Below, piece by piece: positions 1 through 8,121 of a stretch of DNA of 64,000 nucleotides. The stretch is from the NCBI GenBank assembly GCA_009377745.1, contig WHTK01000012.1, positions 11,742 through 75,741 on the forward strand, given 5' to 3'. Position numbers and translations under genes: made by a program. This DNA comes from Dehalococcoidia bacterium (lineage in GTDB: Bacteria > Chloroflexota > Dehalococcoidia > DSTF01 > WHTK01). Every line of letters starts with the position of its first letter. The stretch's first letter is position 1. Below the pieces are notes generated by a model that saw nothing but the letters and a program-made list of their open reading frames with translations, made no database searches and had not been told where the DNA came from.

Positions 1-150
1 TCCCATCCCGATGGCCACGGCTCCTTTGCCCAGGTCAGCTTCGCCTCGGCCTCAGCCAGTGTAGCGTCCCTTTGGCCGAGCCGCGGTCCGCTCGCGGCCA
101 GCACCGGCTGGGCAAGTTCCCGGCGCCGCCGGTGCAGTGCGAGCGTCCGC

Positions 151-756
151 CTAGCGGAGCTGGCTGACGTCTGGTTCGAGGTAGGAGATGAAGGTGCCGA
201 AGGGGTCCACCCACTGGGTCTCGCCCTTGCGCGTGGTCAGGGTGGCGGGCAAATAGCAGCCGTCGCTTTCGAAATAGACCTGGTAGGTATCGAGGTTGGG
301 GTCGATTTCGAGCTTGAGGATGACGAAGTCGCGGCCCTTGAAGTCGACGCGGCTGTGGGGTGTCGCGGGTACCTGGACGGAGGTGTAGTACTCGGCCAGT
401 TTCCGTGGGTCGGAGACAATGGGGATAACCTCGGCAGCTTCGCAACCAAGGATATTGATGTTGGTTGTGAAGTCGTCCGGGGGCTCGGGCTCCAGATAGA
501 CGAAGAACACCTCCGTGTTGCCGGCGGCGATAAAGGCGTCAAGGGCGGATGCAATGGAGTCCGGGAACTCCAGACCACCGTCATCCAGGCTGGCGGCGTC
601 CACGTAGCGCTCACGCCAGTCTTTGTGCAAGGCGCCGGCGAATGCGCCTTCTGTGAAGCGCTCCCAGTCCTGGGGCAGACTGGAATCGCCGCTGCCGCTA
701 CAGGCAAGCAGGCCGAGAACCATAGCCAGTAGTGGCACGGAGATCGACGGCTCCAC
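151..756 (-). CDS. hypothetical secreted lipoprotein
   Basis: 201-aa ORF. The N-terminus MEPSISVPLLAMVLGLLAC-SGSG has a hydrophobic stretch and a lipobox-like LLAC. GTG start at 756; an internal ATG at 723 is possible. Confidence 0.55.
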   Translation of the reverse strand: MEPSISVPLLAMVLGLLACSGSGDSSLPQDWERFTEGAFAGALHKDWRERYVDAASLDDGGLEFPDSIASALDAFIAAGNTEVFFVYLEPEPPDDFTTNINILGCEAAEVIPIVSDPRKLAEYYTSVQVPATPHSRVDFKGRDFVILKLEIDPNLDTYQVYFESDGCYLPATLTTRKGETQWVDPFGTFISYLEPDVSQLR

Positions 757-767
757 ATGCGAAGAGC

Positions 768-1364
768 TTAGATTACGGCGCGAGCAGGGTCGAGACTTTC
801 AGCGTTGGGCGGCGGCAGCGACGCCAGCCAGGCGTTGACGCGGCGGCGGGAGGTGAGGCGCACGCGGGTCTTGCCGCCGTGGGTTGGATCGGCGAAGAGG
901 GCGGTGTAGTTGCGGCGCCGGCGGGGGAAGGTCTTAATCGACCACCAGATCATGGAGTCGTGAGAGAAGACGTTGCGCCAGCGCTCGACGTTGCCGTGCC
1001 AGTATGACTTCCTGGTTATGGCGCGCCAGAGGGTGCGCCGGGTTATCGCGGACCAGACCTGCCAGCGGGGCAGGTCGAGCCAGACGATGGTGTCGCAGCG
1101 GCTGAGGACGAGGCGGTCTTCGGGATGGCTGCCGGCGAGGTTGCCATCGAGGGTCCAGGCGGGTGCGGAGGTGGCGGCGTCGAACTCGGCGAAGACCTCG
1201 TCCTTTGGTGTCTCTTGCCAGTTAGGACGCCAGATGATGGCGTCGTTGCAGATGTAGGGGATGTCGAGGATGCGGGCGAGGGCCTCGGCGACGTGGGTCT
1301 TGCCGGCGCCGGAGGTACCGATGACGAGGATGCGGCGGCCGGGGGATGGGGTGGTGGGAGGCAT
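768..1364 (-). CDS. P-loop NTPase, adenylate-kinase/topology-modulation-like
   Basis: Walker A motif ILVIGTSGAGKTHVA. I trimmed the start to the ATG at 1364 (MPPTTPSPGRR). The upstream part of the 312-aa ORF only translates intergenic repeats. Confidence 0.7.
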   Translation of the reverse strand: MPPTTPSPGRRILVIGTSGAGKTHVAEALARILDIPYICNDAIIWRPNWQETPKDEVFAEFDAATSAPAWTLDGNLAGSHPEDRLVLSRCDTIVWLDLPRWQVWSAITRRTLWRAITRKSYWHGNVERWRNVFSHDSMIWWSIKTFPRRRRNYTALFADPTHGGKTRVRLTSRRRVNAWLASLPPPNAESLDPARAVI

Positions 1365-1514
1365 ATTGGGGTGGAGTTTAGGGGATCGTGTAGAGCTTCG
1401 CGAGACTGATCTGCTCTTTCTGAGGCCCCTAAGAGCAGATGCCGGTGTTCCTCCGCGAGCGCGACCGGCTGGTATCGGTCTTCGAGGGGCGTCCAGACCT
1501 CTTCGGTCGGTCAT

Positions 1515-1548
1515 CACCCTCACCCTGCCCTCTCCCTCAAGGGAGAGG
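1515..1548 (+). repeat. hairpin repeat CACCCTCACCCTGCCCTCTCCCTCAAGGGAGAGG (family 6)
   Basis: Near-identical copy at 6818-6851 and a related hairpin at 21428-21451. CCTCTCCCT and AGGGAGAGG can form a stem. Confidence 0.7.
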
Positions 1549-1652
1549 AAGGAATCCTGGGACGGACCCTGCTTCGCAATGACCCGCCTGTTCGTAGCCA
1601 ACGGGTTGGTTCGAGAACGACAGATTGTCGTTCTAGGAGATGTGCATTGCTT

Positions 1653-1689
1653 TGTCTTTGCGAGGCCGTCGAGGCCGAAGCAATCTCGG
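1653..1689 (-). repeat. two-box repeat, family 1 (reverse orientation)
   Basis: TGTCTTTGCGAGG-N-CCGAAGCAATCTCGG is the reverse complement of the CCGAGATTGCTTCG...CCTCGCAAAGACA consensus. Confidence 0.75.
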
Positions 1690-1742
1690 TACGGAGCTTC
1701 CTTCACTGTTGACCCGACCCGTTCGTAGTCCCACGGGTTGGG

Positions 1743-1782
1743 CCCGAGATTGCTTCGTCGGTAGGCGCTCCTCGCAACGACA
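1743..1782 (+). repeat. two-box repeat, family 1
   Basis: CCCGAGATTGCTTCG-N-CTCCTCGCAACGACA. It ends exactly at the stop codon of the GIY-YIG pseudogene. Confidence 0.8.
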
Positions 1783-2064
1783 TTAGAGGTCTTCGGCGAG
1801 ATCGCGCCAGGTGGGGTGAAGGAGTTGATCAGGGCGATCTTCTTGGCGCGCGAGCCGCCTTTAATCTGCTTCTCGCGGGTGATGGCAGACAGGACATCAT
1901 CGGTTGCCTCGTTAGTACACGAGGCGGTGGACCTTGTAGCGGCCGGTGAAGCTGGGGACGGAGCCTTCGATGTGCTCGAAGATGCGGCGGGTGAGGTCGT
2001 TAGTGACGCCGGTGTAGAGGACGGTGCCGGCGATGTTGGAGAGGATGTAGACGTAGTAGGTCAT
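1783..2064 (-). pseudogene. GIY-YIG nuclease family gene (UPF0213/YhbQ-like), disrupted by two compensating indels
   Basis: My own reverse translation gives MTYYVYILSNIAGTVLYTGVTNDLTRRIFEHIEGSVPSFTGRYKVHRLVY, then a stop (TAA at 1912-1914). The homologous continuation EATDDVLSAITREKQIKGGSRAKKIALINSF is in another frame. The tail PTWRDLAEDL-stop returns to the first frame. The total of 282 nt is 94 codons. Confidence 0.7.
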
Positions 2065-2127
2065 ACGTTTTTGAAACCGGCGTTGGTAGCCCGTGTAATT
2101 TTGCGTCTAACCCGACGGGAGAGGGTG

Positions 2128-2165
2128 CCCGAGATTGCTTCGGGCTAGACGCCCTCGCAAAGACA
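2128..2165 (+). repeat. two-box repeat, family 1
   Basis: CCCGAGATTGCTTCGGGCTAGACGCCCTCGCAAAGACA. Confidence 0.8.
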
Positions 2166-2245
2166 GTTTAAGACCGCATCTGGAGATTGACGAGGGTTAG
2201 TGGACTTCAAGGACACCGATGATTCGCCGGACGACGGAGCTGGTG

Positions 2246-2284
2246 TCCGAGATTGCTTCGGGCTGGACGCCCTCGCAAAGACAG
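2246..2284 (+). repeat. two-box repeat, family 1
   Basis: TCCGAGATTGCTTCGGGCTGGACGCCCTCGCAAAGACAG. Confidence 0.8.
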
Positions 2285-2286
2285 CG

Positions 2287-3492
2287 CTAGACGACGGTGA
2301 GCATGCGGTCGAGGGCGATGCGGGCGTGGCGGGCGGTATCGGCGTCCACGGTGACCTGGTTGCGGATGCGGCCTTCGGCCAGCTCTTCGACGGTCCAGGC
2401 GAGGTAGGCCGGGTGGATGCGGTACATGGTCGAGCAGGGGCACACCACGGGGTCGAGGCAGAAGACGGTCTTGTCGGGGTTCTCATGGGCGAGACGGCTG
2501 ACGAGGTTGATCTCGGTGCCGACGGCGAAGGCGCTGCCGGGGGCGCCCCCGGCGATGGTGCGGGCGATGAACTCGGTCGAGCCGTTGCTATCGGCGGCCT
2601 GGACGACCTCGTAGCGGCTCTCGGGGTGGACGACAACGTGGATGCCGGGGTACCTGGCGCGGGCGGCCTCGATCTGGTCGACGGTGAAGCGCTGATGGAC
2701 GCTGCAGTGGCCTTGCCAGAGGAGGACTCGGGCGCGCTCCAACTCCTCGATGGTCATGCCGCCGAGCGAGCCATAGGGCTTGTGGTAATTCCAGAGCAGC
2801 ATGCGGTCCAGCGGCACGCCCATCTTGGCGCCGGTGTTGCGGCCGAGGTGCTGGTCCGGGAAGAAGAGCACCTTCTCGCCGCGCTCGAAGGCCCACTTGA
2901 GGACGGCGGCGGCGTTGCTGGAGGTGCAGACGATGCCGCCGTGCTGACCGCAGAAGGCCTTGAGCGAGGCGGCTGAGTTCATGTAGGTGACGGGGATGAC
3001 CTTATCGGCGATGCCGGCGTCTTCGAGCTCCTGCCAGCAGGCGTAGACGTCTTCGGGGTCGGCCATATCGGCCATGGAGCAGCCGGCGGCCATGTTGGGC
3101 AGCATGACCTTCTGATGGGGCGCGCTGAGGATATCGGCGGCCTCGGCCATGAAGTGGACGCCGCAGAAGATGATGTACTCGGACTCGGGGTGTTCGGCGG
3201 CGAACTGAGAGAGCTTGAAGGAATCGCCGCGGAAATCGGCGAATTGGATGATGTCCTCGCGCTGGTAGTGGTGCCCGAGGACGATGAGCCTGGAGCCGAG
3301 CTTGCGACGGGCTATAGCTACGCGCTCGATGAGCTGATCAGCGGTGAGGTCCCAGTATTCGCGGGGGATGTCTTGCTGCCAGTAGGCGAAGGAGGGCTCG
3401 CTGGAGAGCGGCAGGGTCTGGATGCCGGTCTGGGTCTCGCAGGCGATGCCGGCGAGGGGGAGGACTTTGATTTTGTCTTGGGTTGCCGTCAT
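2287..3492 (-). CDS. nadA: quinolinate synthase NadA (long form)
   Basis: 401-aa ORF with typical NadA blocks (LGHHYQREDIIQFADFRGDS, CGVHFMAE, VVHPES, CPCSTMYRI). AGGAGG lies 5 nt upstream of the ATG. Confidence 0.93.
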   Translation of the reverse strand: MTATQDKIKVLPLAGIACETQTGIQTLPLSSEPSFAYWQQDIPREYWDLTADQLIERVAIARRKLGSRLIVLGHHYQREDIIQFADFRGDSFKLSQFAAEHPESEYIIFCGVHFMAEAADILSAPHQKVMLPNMAAGCSMADMADPEDVYACWQELEDAGIADKVIPVTYMNSAASLKAFCGQHGGIVCTSSNAAAVLKWAFERGEKVLFFPDQHLGRNTGAKMGVPLDRMLLWNYHKPYGSLGGMTIEELERARVLLWQGHCSVHQRFTVDQIEAARARYPGIHVVVHPESRYEVVQAADSNGSTEFIARTIAGGAPGSAFAVGTEINLVSRLAHENPDKTVFCLDPVVCPCSTMYRIHPAYLAWTVEELAEGRIRNQVTVDADTARHARIALDRMLTVV

Positions 3493-3528
3493 GGTGACCT
3501 CCTGCCGGTAGCCAACCGTCTGGGGTAG

Positions 3529-3549
3529 TTAGTGTCAGATAGACACTAA
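3529..3549. promoter_or_regulatory. 21-bp perfect palindrome, candidate NrtR operator of nadA
   Basis: TTAGTGTC-AGATA-GACACTAA, 37 nt upstream of the nadA ATG. It contains a GT-N7-AC core. An NrtR-like gene lies at 6050-6676. Confidence 0.5.
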
Positions 3550-3668
3550 GTGTAGGTCGATGTTAACGCGGGCGTCAGGGTCTGTCAAGCAGGGGATTCG
3601 CCGAGGTTGGAGGTTGGACGTGACGCTTAGTGAAGAAGACGAGGCGTGATTGCGATCGAGAGCGGGCG

Positions 3669-3706
3669 CCCGAGATTGCTTCGTCGCCAGGCGCTCCTCG
3701 CAAAGG
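3669..3706 (+). repeat. two-box repeat, family 1
   Basis: CCCGAGATTGCTTCGTCGCCAGGCGCTCCTCGCAAAGG. Confidence 0.8.
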
Positions 3707-3768
3707 TAACAACATACTTGACTCCGTGAGAGATTCGGGATAGGATCATGGTGTAAGGAGTCAACGCC

Positions 3769-4317
3769 ATGACCAAAGAGCCAGAAACCCTCATCGAAGC
3801 CATCCGCTACTTCACCGATCCGGACGCTTGTCTCAACCTCATGATTGAGCTTCGCTGGCCCGATGGCGTAGTGACCTGCCCGACTTGCGGCAGTGCTGAG
3901 GTTGGGTTCCTCAAGAACCGCCGCCTGTTCCAGTGCAAGACGAAGCACCCCAAGCAGCAGTTCTCCGTCAAGGTCGGAACGATCTTTGAGGACTCGCCTA
4001 TCAGCCTCGACAAGTGGCTCTCGGCTATGTGGATGATTGCCAATGACAAGAACGGCATCAGCTCCTACGAGTTGGCGCGGGCGCTTGGCGTAACGCAGAA
4101 AACGGCATGGTTCCTGCTTCACCGCATCCGTCTGGCGATGCAGCAGGGAAGCCTCGACAAGCTGGACGGCACCGTTGAAGTTGATGAGACGTTCATCGGC
4201 GGTAAGGCTCGGTTCATGCACCGCGACCGCCAGAGTCGGGCCGTCAACGGGCGCGGCCCAATCGGTAAGACTGCCGTTATCGGCCTGCTCGACCGCCACG
4301 GGCCCCGATGGTCATAG
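3769..4317 (+). CDS. IS1595-family transposase, N-terminal fragment
   Basis: 182-aa ORF ending ...VIGLLDRHGPRWS-stop. Homology continues in the next frame. Confidence 0.75.
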   Translation: MTKEPETLIEAIRYFTDPDACLNLMIELRWPDGVVTCPTCGSAEVGFLKNRRLFQCKTKHPKQQFSVKVGTIFEDSPISLDKWLSAMWMIANDKNGISSYELARALGVTQKTAWFLLHRIRLAMQQGSLDKLDGTVEVDETFIGGKARFMHRDRQSRAVNGRGPIGKTAVIGLLDRHGPRWS

Positions 4318-4714
4318 CGTTGTTGTGGCGAAGGTCATTCCCGACCGCAAACGCCGCACCCTGGCCGGTGAAGTCCGCAAGAACGTTGTTGCGGGCACTG
4401 AGCTTATGACCGACAGCTTCACGTCCTACAGCGACCTTGGCCGTGACTTCGTTCACGGCGTGATAGACCACGCTGAGAAGTACGTCGAGGGCCACGTCCA
4501 CACGAACGGCATTGAAAACTTCTGGACGCTGCTCAAACGGTCGATCAAGGGCACCTACGTCAGCGTCGAGCCGTTCCACCTGTTCCGCTATTTGGATGAG
4601 CAGGCTTTCCGGTTCAACAGCCGCAAGGTGAGCGATAGTACGCGATTCCTCAGTCTCGCCGCTCGCGTCATTGGTAAGCGTTTGACCTACAATGAACTCA
4701 CGGGGCGCTCCTAA
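4301..4714 (+). CDS. IS1595-family transposase, C-terminal fragment
   Basis: This frame reads GPDGHSVVVAKVIPDRKRRTL...HTNGIENFWTLLKRSIKGTYVSVEPFHLFRYLDEQAFRFN. Removing one C from GGGCCCC would restore a single ORF. Confidence 0.75.
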   Translation, partial: GPDGHSVVVAKVIPDRKRRTLAGEVRKNVVAGTELMTDSFTSYSDLGRDFVHGVIDHAEKYVEGHVHTNGIENFWTLLKRSIKGTYVSVEPFHLFRYLDEQAFRFNSRKVSDSTRFLSLAARVIGKRLTYNELTGRS

Positions 4715-4734
4715 ACGCCCGTGTGAGGTTGGCC

Positions 4735-4896
4735 ATGCCAAACAAACGGATGCAGTTCCCAAAGCTACCGGAGCTTGAAGCCGAAGGGCTGACGCCGTTC
4801 CAGCGCTTCCGCATCCTCGCCAAGAAGGTCGTATCGGTCCCGAAGGACGCGATCCGTGAGCCAAAGAAAGACAAGCCCCAAGCATCATCCAGTTGA
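4735..4896 (+). CDS. hypothetical small protein (53 aa)
   Basis: My own translation: MPNKRMQFPKLPELEAEGLTPFQRFRILAKKVVSVPKDAIREPKKDKPQASSS. GAGG lies 8 nt upstream. Below the ORF-track cut-off; no recognised family. Confidence 0.3.
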   Translation: MPNKRMQFPKLPELEAEGLTPFQRFRILAKKVVSVPKDAIREPKKDKPQASSS

Positions 4897-5871
4897 CTCA
4901 CTCGGCTCAGTAAGCACTTGCTGTTCTCCGCCAGACGGCGGATAACTCCTCTGGTCGTATACCTGGGTGATCGCATATTCACTCGTTAGGCCACCCGTCT
5001 CTGACCGTGTTTGAGTGACTTCCACGTCACACTCCAAGATGTCGCCCGCACGGAATGCGCGAGTACGATTCGTAACTTCGTTCTGAAAAGCCGCATCTTG
5101 GATTTCATACCAATTCGCTTTGGCCCCGTCATGGAATTGCCATTTACCCGCACCATCCAGTTTGGGAAGTCTCACCTTGAGAAAAGTGTGCAGAAGCGTC
5201 TTCGTAACGGATGGTGAAGTATCCTCGGTGCGGAAGCTGTCGATTTCACCCTTTTCTATTTGGCTGATAGTTTGGTTGTCGCTCCTGAACTCCACTTTGT
5301 CGATGCCGGGACGCGCCAGGGGCTTTAGCGCGGCTTCTAAGAAGTGACGGATCAAACCATCGTTGGAGATCTGAAAGAGTTTGATCGGTACTACTAGTCT
5401 CCCGCTCTCGGTTTCAAGCGTGACCGCCTCGGCACCCGTTTCAATTACTTCAGGCTTCTTACCCTTCAGTAATTTCAGTAATCCAATGAGACTCAGGCCA
5501 CCCGCGCCACCACCGATCAGTAGGGTTTGGAGAGTGAGTGCGGACGTAACAAAGTCGCTGGAAAGTACGCCTTGCGCCGCTTCGATTGTTTGTTTTATTA
5601 CAAACATAATATCGAGTGAGCCTTGGCGTGGTGACGCCTTTATCTCCAACGACAAGTGCACACGCTCATCGTTGAGCAAGCTATTGGCCCGTTCAAACGT
5701 TTGCGCCAGCGCCAATAGCGCTGGCGCTAAATCGCGAACTTCCATCGTGTGGTCAGCTATGGCTGGCCCGTCATAAACCTCTGAGAACTCCGACGTTGAA
5801 TTGGGTATTTGATCCGCCACTAGGAACCCCTTGCTCCACACGAGGGCTCCCTCGAACCATCGCAGCAGCAT
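4885..5871 (-). CDS. hypothetical protein, no recognised family (orphan in lower-GC islet)
   Basis: 328-aa ORF. Hand counts of three 60-nt lines inside it gave 40-57% GC, clearly below the flanking DNA. One central hydrophobic segment (LTLQTLLIGGGAGGLSLIGLLKLL). Confidence 0.55.
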   Translation of the reverse strand: MLLRWFEGALVWSKGFLVADQIPNSTSEFSEVYDGPAIADHTMEVRDLAPALLALAQTFERANSLLNDERVHLSLEIKASPRQGSLDIMFVIKQTIEAAQGVLSSDFVTSALTLQTLLIGGGAGGLSLIGLLKLLKGKKPEVIETGAEAVTLETESGRLVVPIKLFQISNDGLIRHFLEAALKPLARPGIDKVEFRSDNQTISQIEKGEIDSFRTEDTSPSVTKTLLHTFLKVRLPKLDGAGKWQFHDGAKANWYEIQDAAFQNEVTNRTRAFRAGDILECDVEVTQTRSETGGLTSEYAITQVYDQRSYPPSGGEQQVLTEPSESTG

Positions 5872-5986
5872 TATCAGCGTCGCTCCCCTACGGAGTCAAG
5901 TAAGTTAATACCCTCGCAAAGACAGAACGTCTGAGCGCGGAAGCGGCTGTTGCGAGAACCGGACAAGAAGGGGGCTGATCATGCGG

Positions 5987-6018
5987 GGGCAAGATTCCTC
6001 GTGCCTCGGAATGACAAG
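5987..6018 (+). repeat. two-box repeat, family 2
   Basis: GGGCAAGATTCCTCGTGCCTCGGAATGACAAG. Near-identical copy at 28275-28307. Confidence 0.8.
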
Positions 6019-6049
6019 AGATGGCGGCCTTAGAGCCTAGACGGGGCTC

Positions 6050-6676
6050 CTACAACGCCATGGGCTGGCGGGAGGTGAACTCATAGAGCTCCGCCGGCCG
6101 GTGGGCGCCGCGGGCGATGGTGCGGCCGGTGGGCCGGATGATGCCCTGGGAGATGACGCGGCGGCGGAAGTTCCGCTTGTCGAAGGCGCGGCCGAAGATC
6201 GATTCGTAGACGGACTGGAGCTCGCTGAGGGTGAAGGTCTCCGGCATGAGGCTGTAGGCGACGTTGGTGTACTCCAGCTTGTTGCGCAGGCGGGTGATGG
6301 CGTAATCGACGACCTTGGTGTTGTTGAACGCCAGGTCTGGCAAGCCGTTGGCGGCGAACCAGCGCGGCTCCCAGACCGGCTCGGCACGGAGTCGGACGCG
6401 TCGTGAGTCTACGAGGGCGAAGTTGGCGACGGCTACGGAGCCGGCCTCGCCATCGAGGTCATCGAACGTGAAGAGCTGCTCGAGGTAGAGGTCGGTGACG
6501 CCGGTCTCTTCGAGGAGCTTGCGGGCGGCGGCGTCGGCGAGGGACTCGGAGGGCAGGAGGAGGCCGCCGGGGAGGGCCCACCAGCCGAGGTAGGGCTCGC
6601 CGCTGCGGTGGATGAGGAGGGCGCGCAGCTCGCCTTCGATGATGGTGAGGATGACGACGATGACGGAGATGCGCAT
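6050..6676 (-). CDS. nrtR: NrtR-like Nudix-related transcriptional regulator
   Basis: Start trimmed to MRISVIVV. Nudix box GGLLLPSESLADAAARKLLEETGV is degenerate (RK in place of RE). The C-terminal region (YAITRLRNKLEYTNVAYSLMPETFTLSELQSVYESIFG) is typical of the NrtR winged-helix domain. Confidence 0.7.
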   Translation of the reverse strand: MRISVIVVILTIIEGELRALLIHRSGEPYLGWWALPGGLLLPSESLADAAARKLLEETGVTDLYLEQLFTFDDLDGEAGSVAVANFALVDSRRVRLRAEPVWEPRWFAANGLPDLAFNNTKVVDYAITRLRNKLEYTNVAYSLMPETFTLSELQSVYESIFGRAFDKRNFRRRVISQGIIRPTGRTIARGAHRPAELYEFTSRQPMAL

Positions 6677-6817
6677 GGGGGGATAGTAACCCTCTCCCCT
6701 GCCTGCCGGCATCCCCTCTCCGCTGGCCCTTCGGCGCGGCTCAGGGCAGGCTCCGAGGGATCGAGGGTGGGCGCTTGGCGGGTGAGACGGCCGGTTTGGT
6801 GAGTTGCGGAAGGTCGG

Positions 6818-6851
6818 CACCCTCACCCTGCCCTCTCCCTCGAGGGAGAGG
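6818..6851 (+). repeat. hairpin repeat, family 6
   Basis: CACCCTCACCCTGCCCTCTCCCTCGAGGGAGAGG; compare 1515-1548. Confidence 0.7.
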
Positions 6852-6898
6852 GGATTTGGCTTTGGCCGGATCGAGGAGCGTTGGTACTGGGTACGGCG

Positions 6899-6937
6899 CA
6901 CCGGGATTGCTTCGGGCTGGACGCCGTCGCAAAGACG
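6899..6937 (+). repeat. two-box repeat, family 1
   Basis: CACCGGGATTGCTTCGGGCTGGACGCCGTCGCAAAGACG. It abuts the stop codon of the YjbR-like fragment. Confidence 0.75.
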
Positions 6938-7075
6938 TTAGGGTTTGCGGCGTTTCTTGGGGGCAACGAGGGCGTAGCTGGCTTCGATGAGGTCACGGGC
7001 CTGGTCGAAGGTGGCGGCATCGTCGATGGTGATGGTGACCCAGCCCCAGCGGCCGATGTAGGAGGGCCTATCGAG
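6938..7075 (-). pseudogene. 3'-terminal fragment of a MmcQ/YjbR-family gene (duplicate of 8118-8250)
   Basis: Reverse translation gives YIGRWGWVTITIDDAATFDQARDLIEASYALVAPKKRRKP-stop. By eye it is about 90% identical at the nucleotide level to the 3' end of the intact gene at 8118-8480. Confidence 0.65.
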
Positions 7076-7122
7076 TCCTGGACAATAAGCAGAAGGGCGG
7101 CGCGATCTGCTAAAGTCGAGCC

Positions 7123-8121
7123 GTGGCCATTAGCGCCCAACAGATTGATTACGACCGGCGGCGGATGACACGCCTGGCTGTGACCGCAGCAGCGGCCGTT
7201 ATCGGCGCGCATCTGTATCTGGCGACGTGGGGCGTTGCCAACGCCGAAAGCGACCACGTCTTCGTCTGGTTGACCATTGCCCTGCCGTCGATGATCGGCG
7301 TCCTGATCCTGGCCGCTGTTCAACGAGTGCGTCTGATTACGCAAAGAATCGACTGGCTATTCCTGACGGCCTGTATCTCTCTGGCGGCAATCGTCGTCTC
7401 TTCGCTATGGATCCTGAGTCAGCCCTACCAGCCAGCTCAGCAAGCCCTGTCGACGGCAACACACCTCGTCCCATACGCGGCGTTGCTTTACCTCGGGTCC
7501 AGGCCCAGCGAAAGGCCACTGGGCGCGGCGTCATTCTATGTCCAGGTCCTGGGTGGATTGACGATCTTGCTTGGTATCTTGCTGGGCATCCTGGCAGCGG
7601 CCGATTTCTCCAATGACCGCGTCCGCATCTTCTTCGACAGGGCCATTACGCCGGCGGCTCTCGGTCTGGTGCTCATCGCCGCAGCACGCGGGCCGGAAAT
7701 CAGAGGCGTAACGTTCAGAGAGGGCTGGGCGCTGCCGCTAAGCGCCGCCATCGTGTTGGGGTCGATCGCGATCGGCATCTGGACAATCGAGCGCTTACAG
7801 ATTGGTGATTTTCGCAACCTTGTCCTGATCATGTTCCTCGGTGAAACCCTGTATCCGGCGCTGCTGGCCTTGCTCTTGCTTGTGGTCTGCAACCGCATTT
7901 CGCGCCGTATCGGTCTGCTGGCGGCGGCAGGACTACTCGTCGCGACGCTGGCTTACGGCCTGACCCTGGCGAGCAGAGCGGACTCCGATCTGGGAGATGT
8001 CTGGGTCTTCCTCTCCGCCATTACGAGGCCGTTCGCGCTTATCGCCCTGAGCCTCGTCACGTTGGAAGCGCGACGATCGCGATCCCTGGAAGCGCTGCCT
8101 ACATCGCCAGCGCCTGCCTAA
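7123..8121 (+). CDS. hypothetical polytopic membrane protein
   Basis: 332-aa ORF with many hydrophobic segments. Its stop overlaps the stop of the convergent YjbR-like gene. The start could instead be the internal MTRLAV. Confidence 0.55.
   Translation: MAISAQQIDYDRRRMTRLAVTAAAAVIGAHLYLATWGVANAESDHVFVWLTIALPSMIGVLILAAVQRVRLITQRIDWLFLTACISLAAIVVSSLWILSQPYQPAQQALSTATHLVPYAALLYLGSRPSERPLGAASFYVQVLGGLTILLGILLGILAAADFSNDRVRIFFDRAITPAALGLVLIAAARGPEIRGVTFREGWALPLSAAIVLGSIAIGIWTIERLQIGDFRNLVLIMFLGETLYPALLALLLLVVCNRISRRIGLLAAAGLLVATLAYGLTLASRADSDLGDVWVFLSAITRPFALIALSLVTLEARRSRSLEALPTSPAPA

Larger units (their letters stand above)
3769..4714 (+). mobile_element. IS1595-family (ISXO2-like) transposase gene, split by a frameshift; element ends not defined
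   Basis: N-terminal zinc-ribbon (CPTCGS...FQCK) and HTH, then a DDE region (DETFIGG ... MTDSFTSY ... HTNGIENFW). The reading frame changes at the GGGCCCC run near 4300. I could not identify terminal inverted repeats. Confidence 0.8.

Noticed and set aside
1-104. Possible 5' end of a minus-strand gene running off the left edge (GTG at 104; VLAASGPRLGQRDATLAEAEAKLTWAKEPWPSGW...).
   Set aside because: Only about 34 codons are visible, with no recognisable motif and no Shine-Dalgarno sequence. It cannot be supported from this window.
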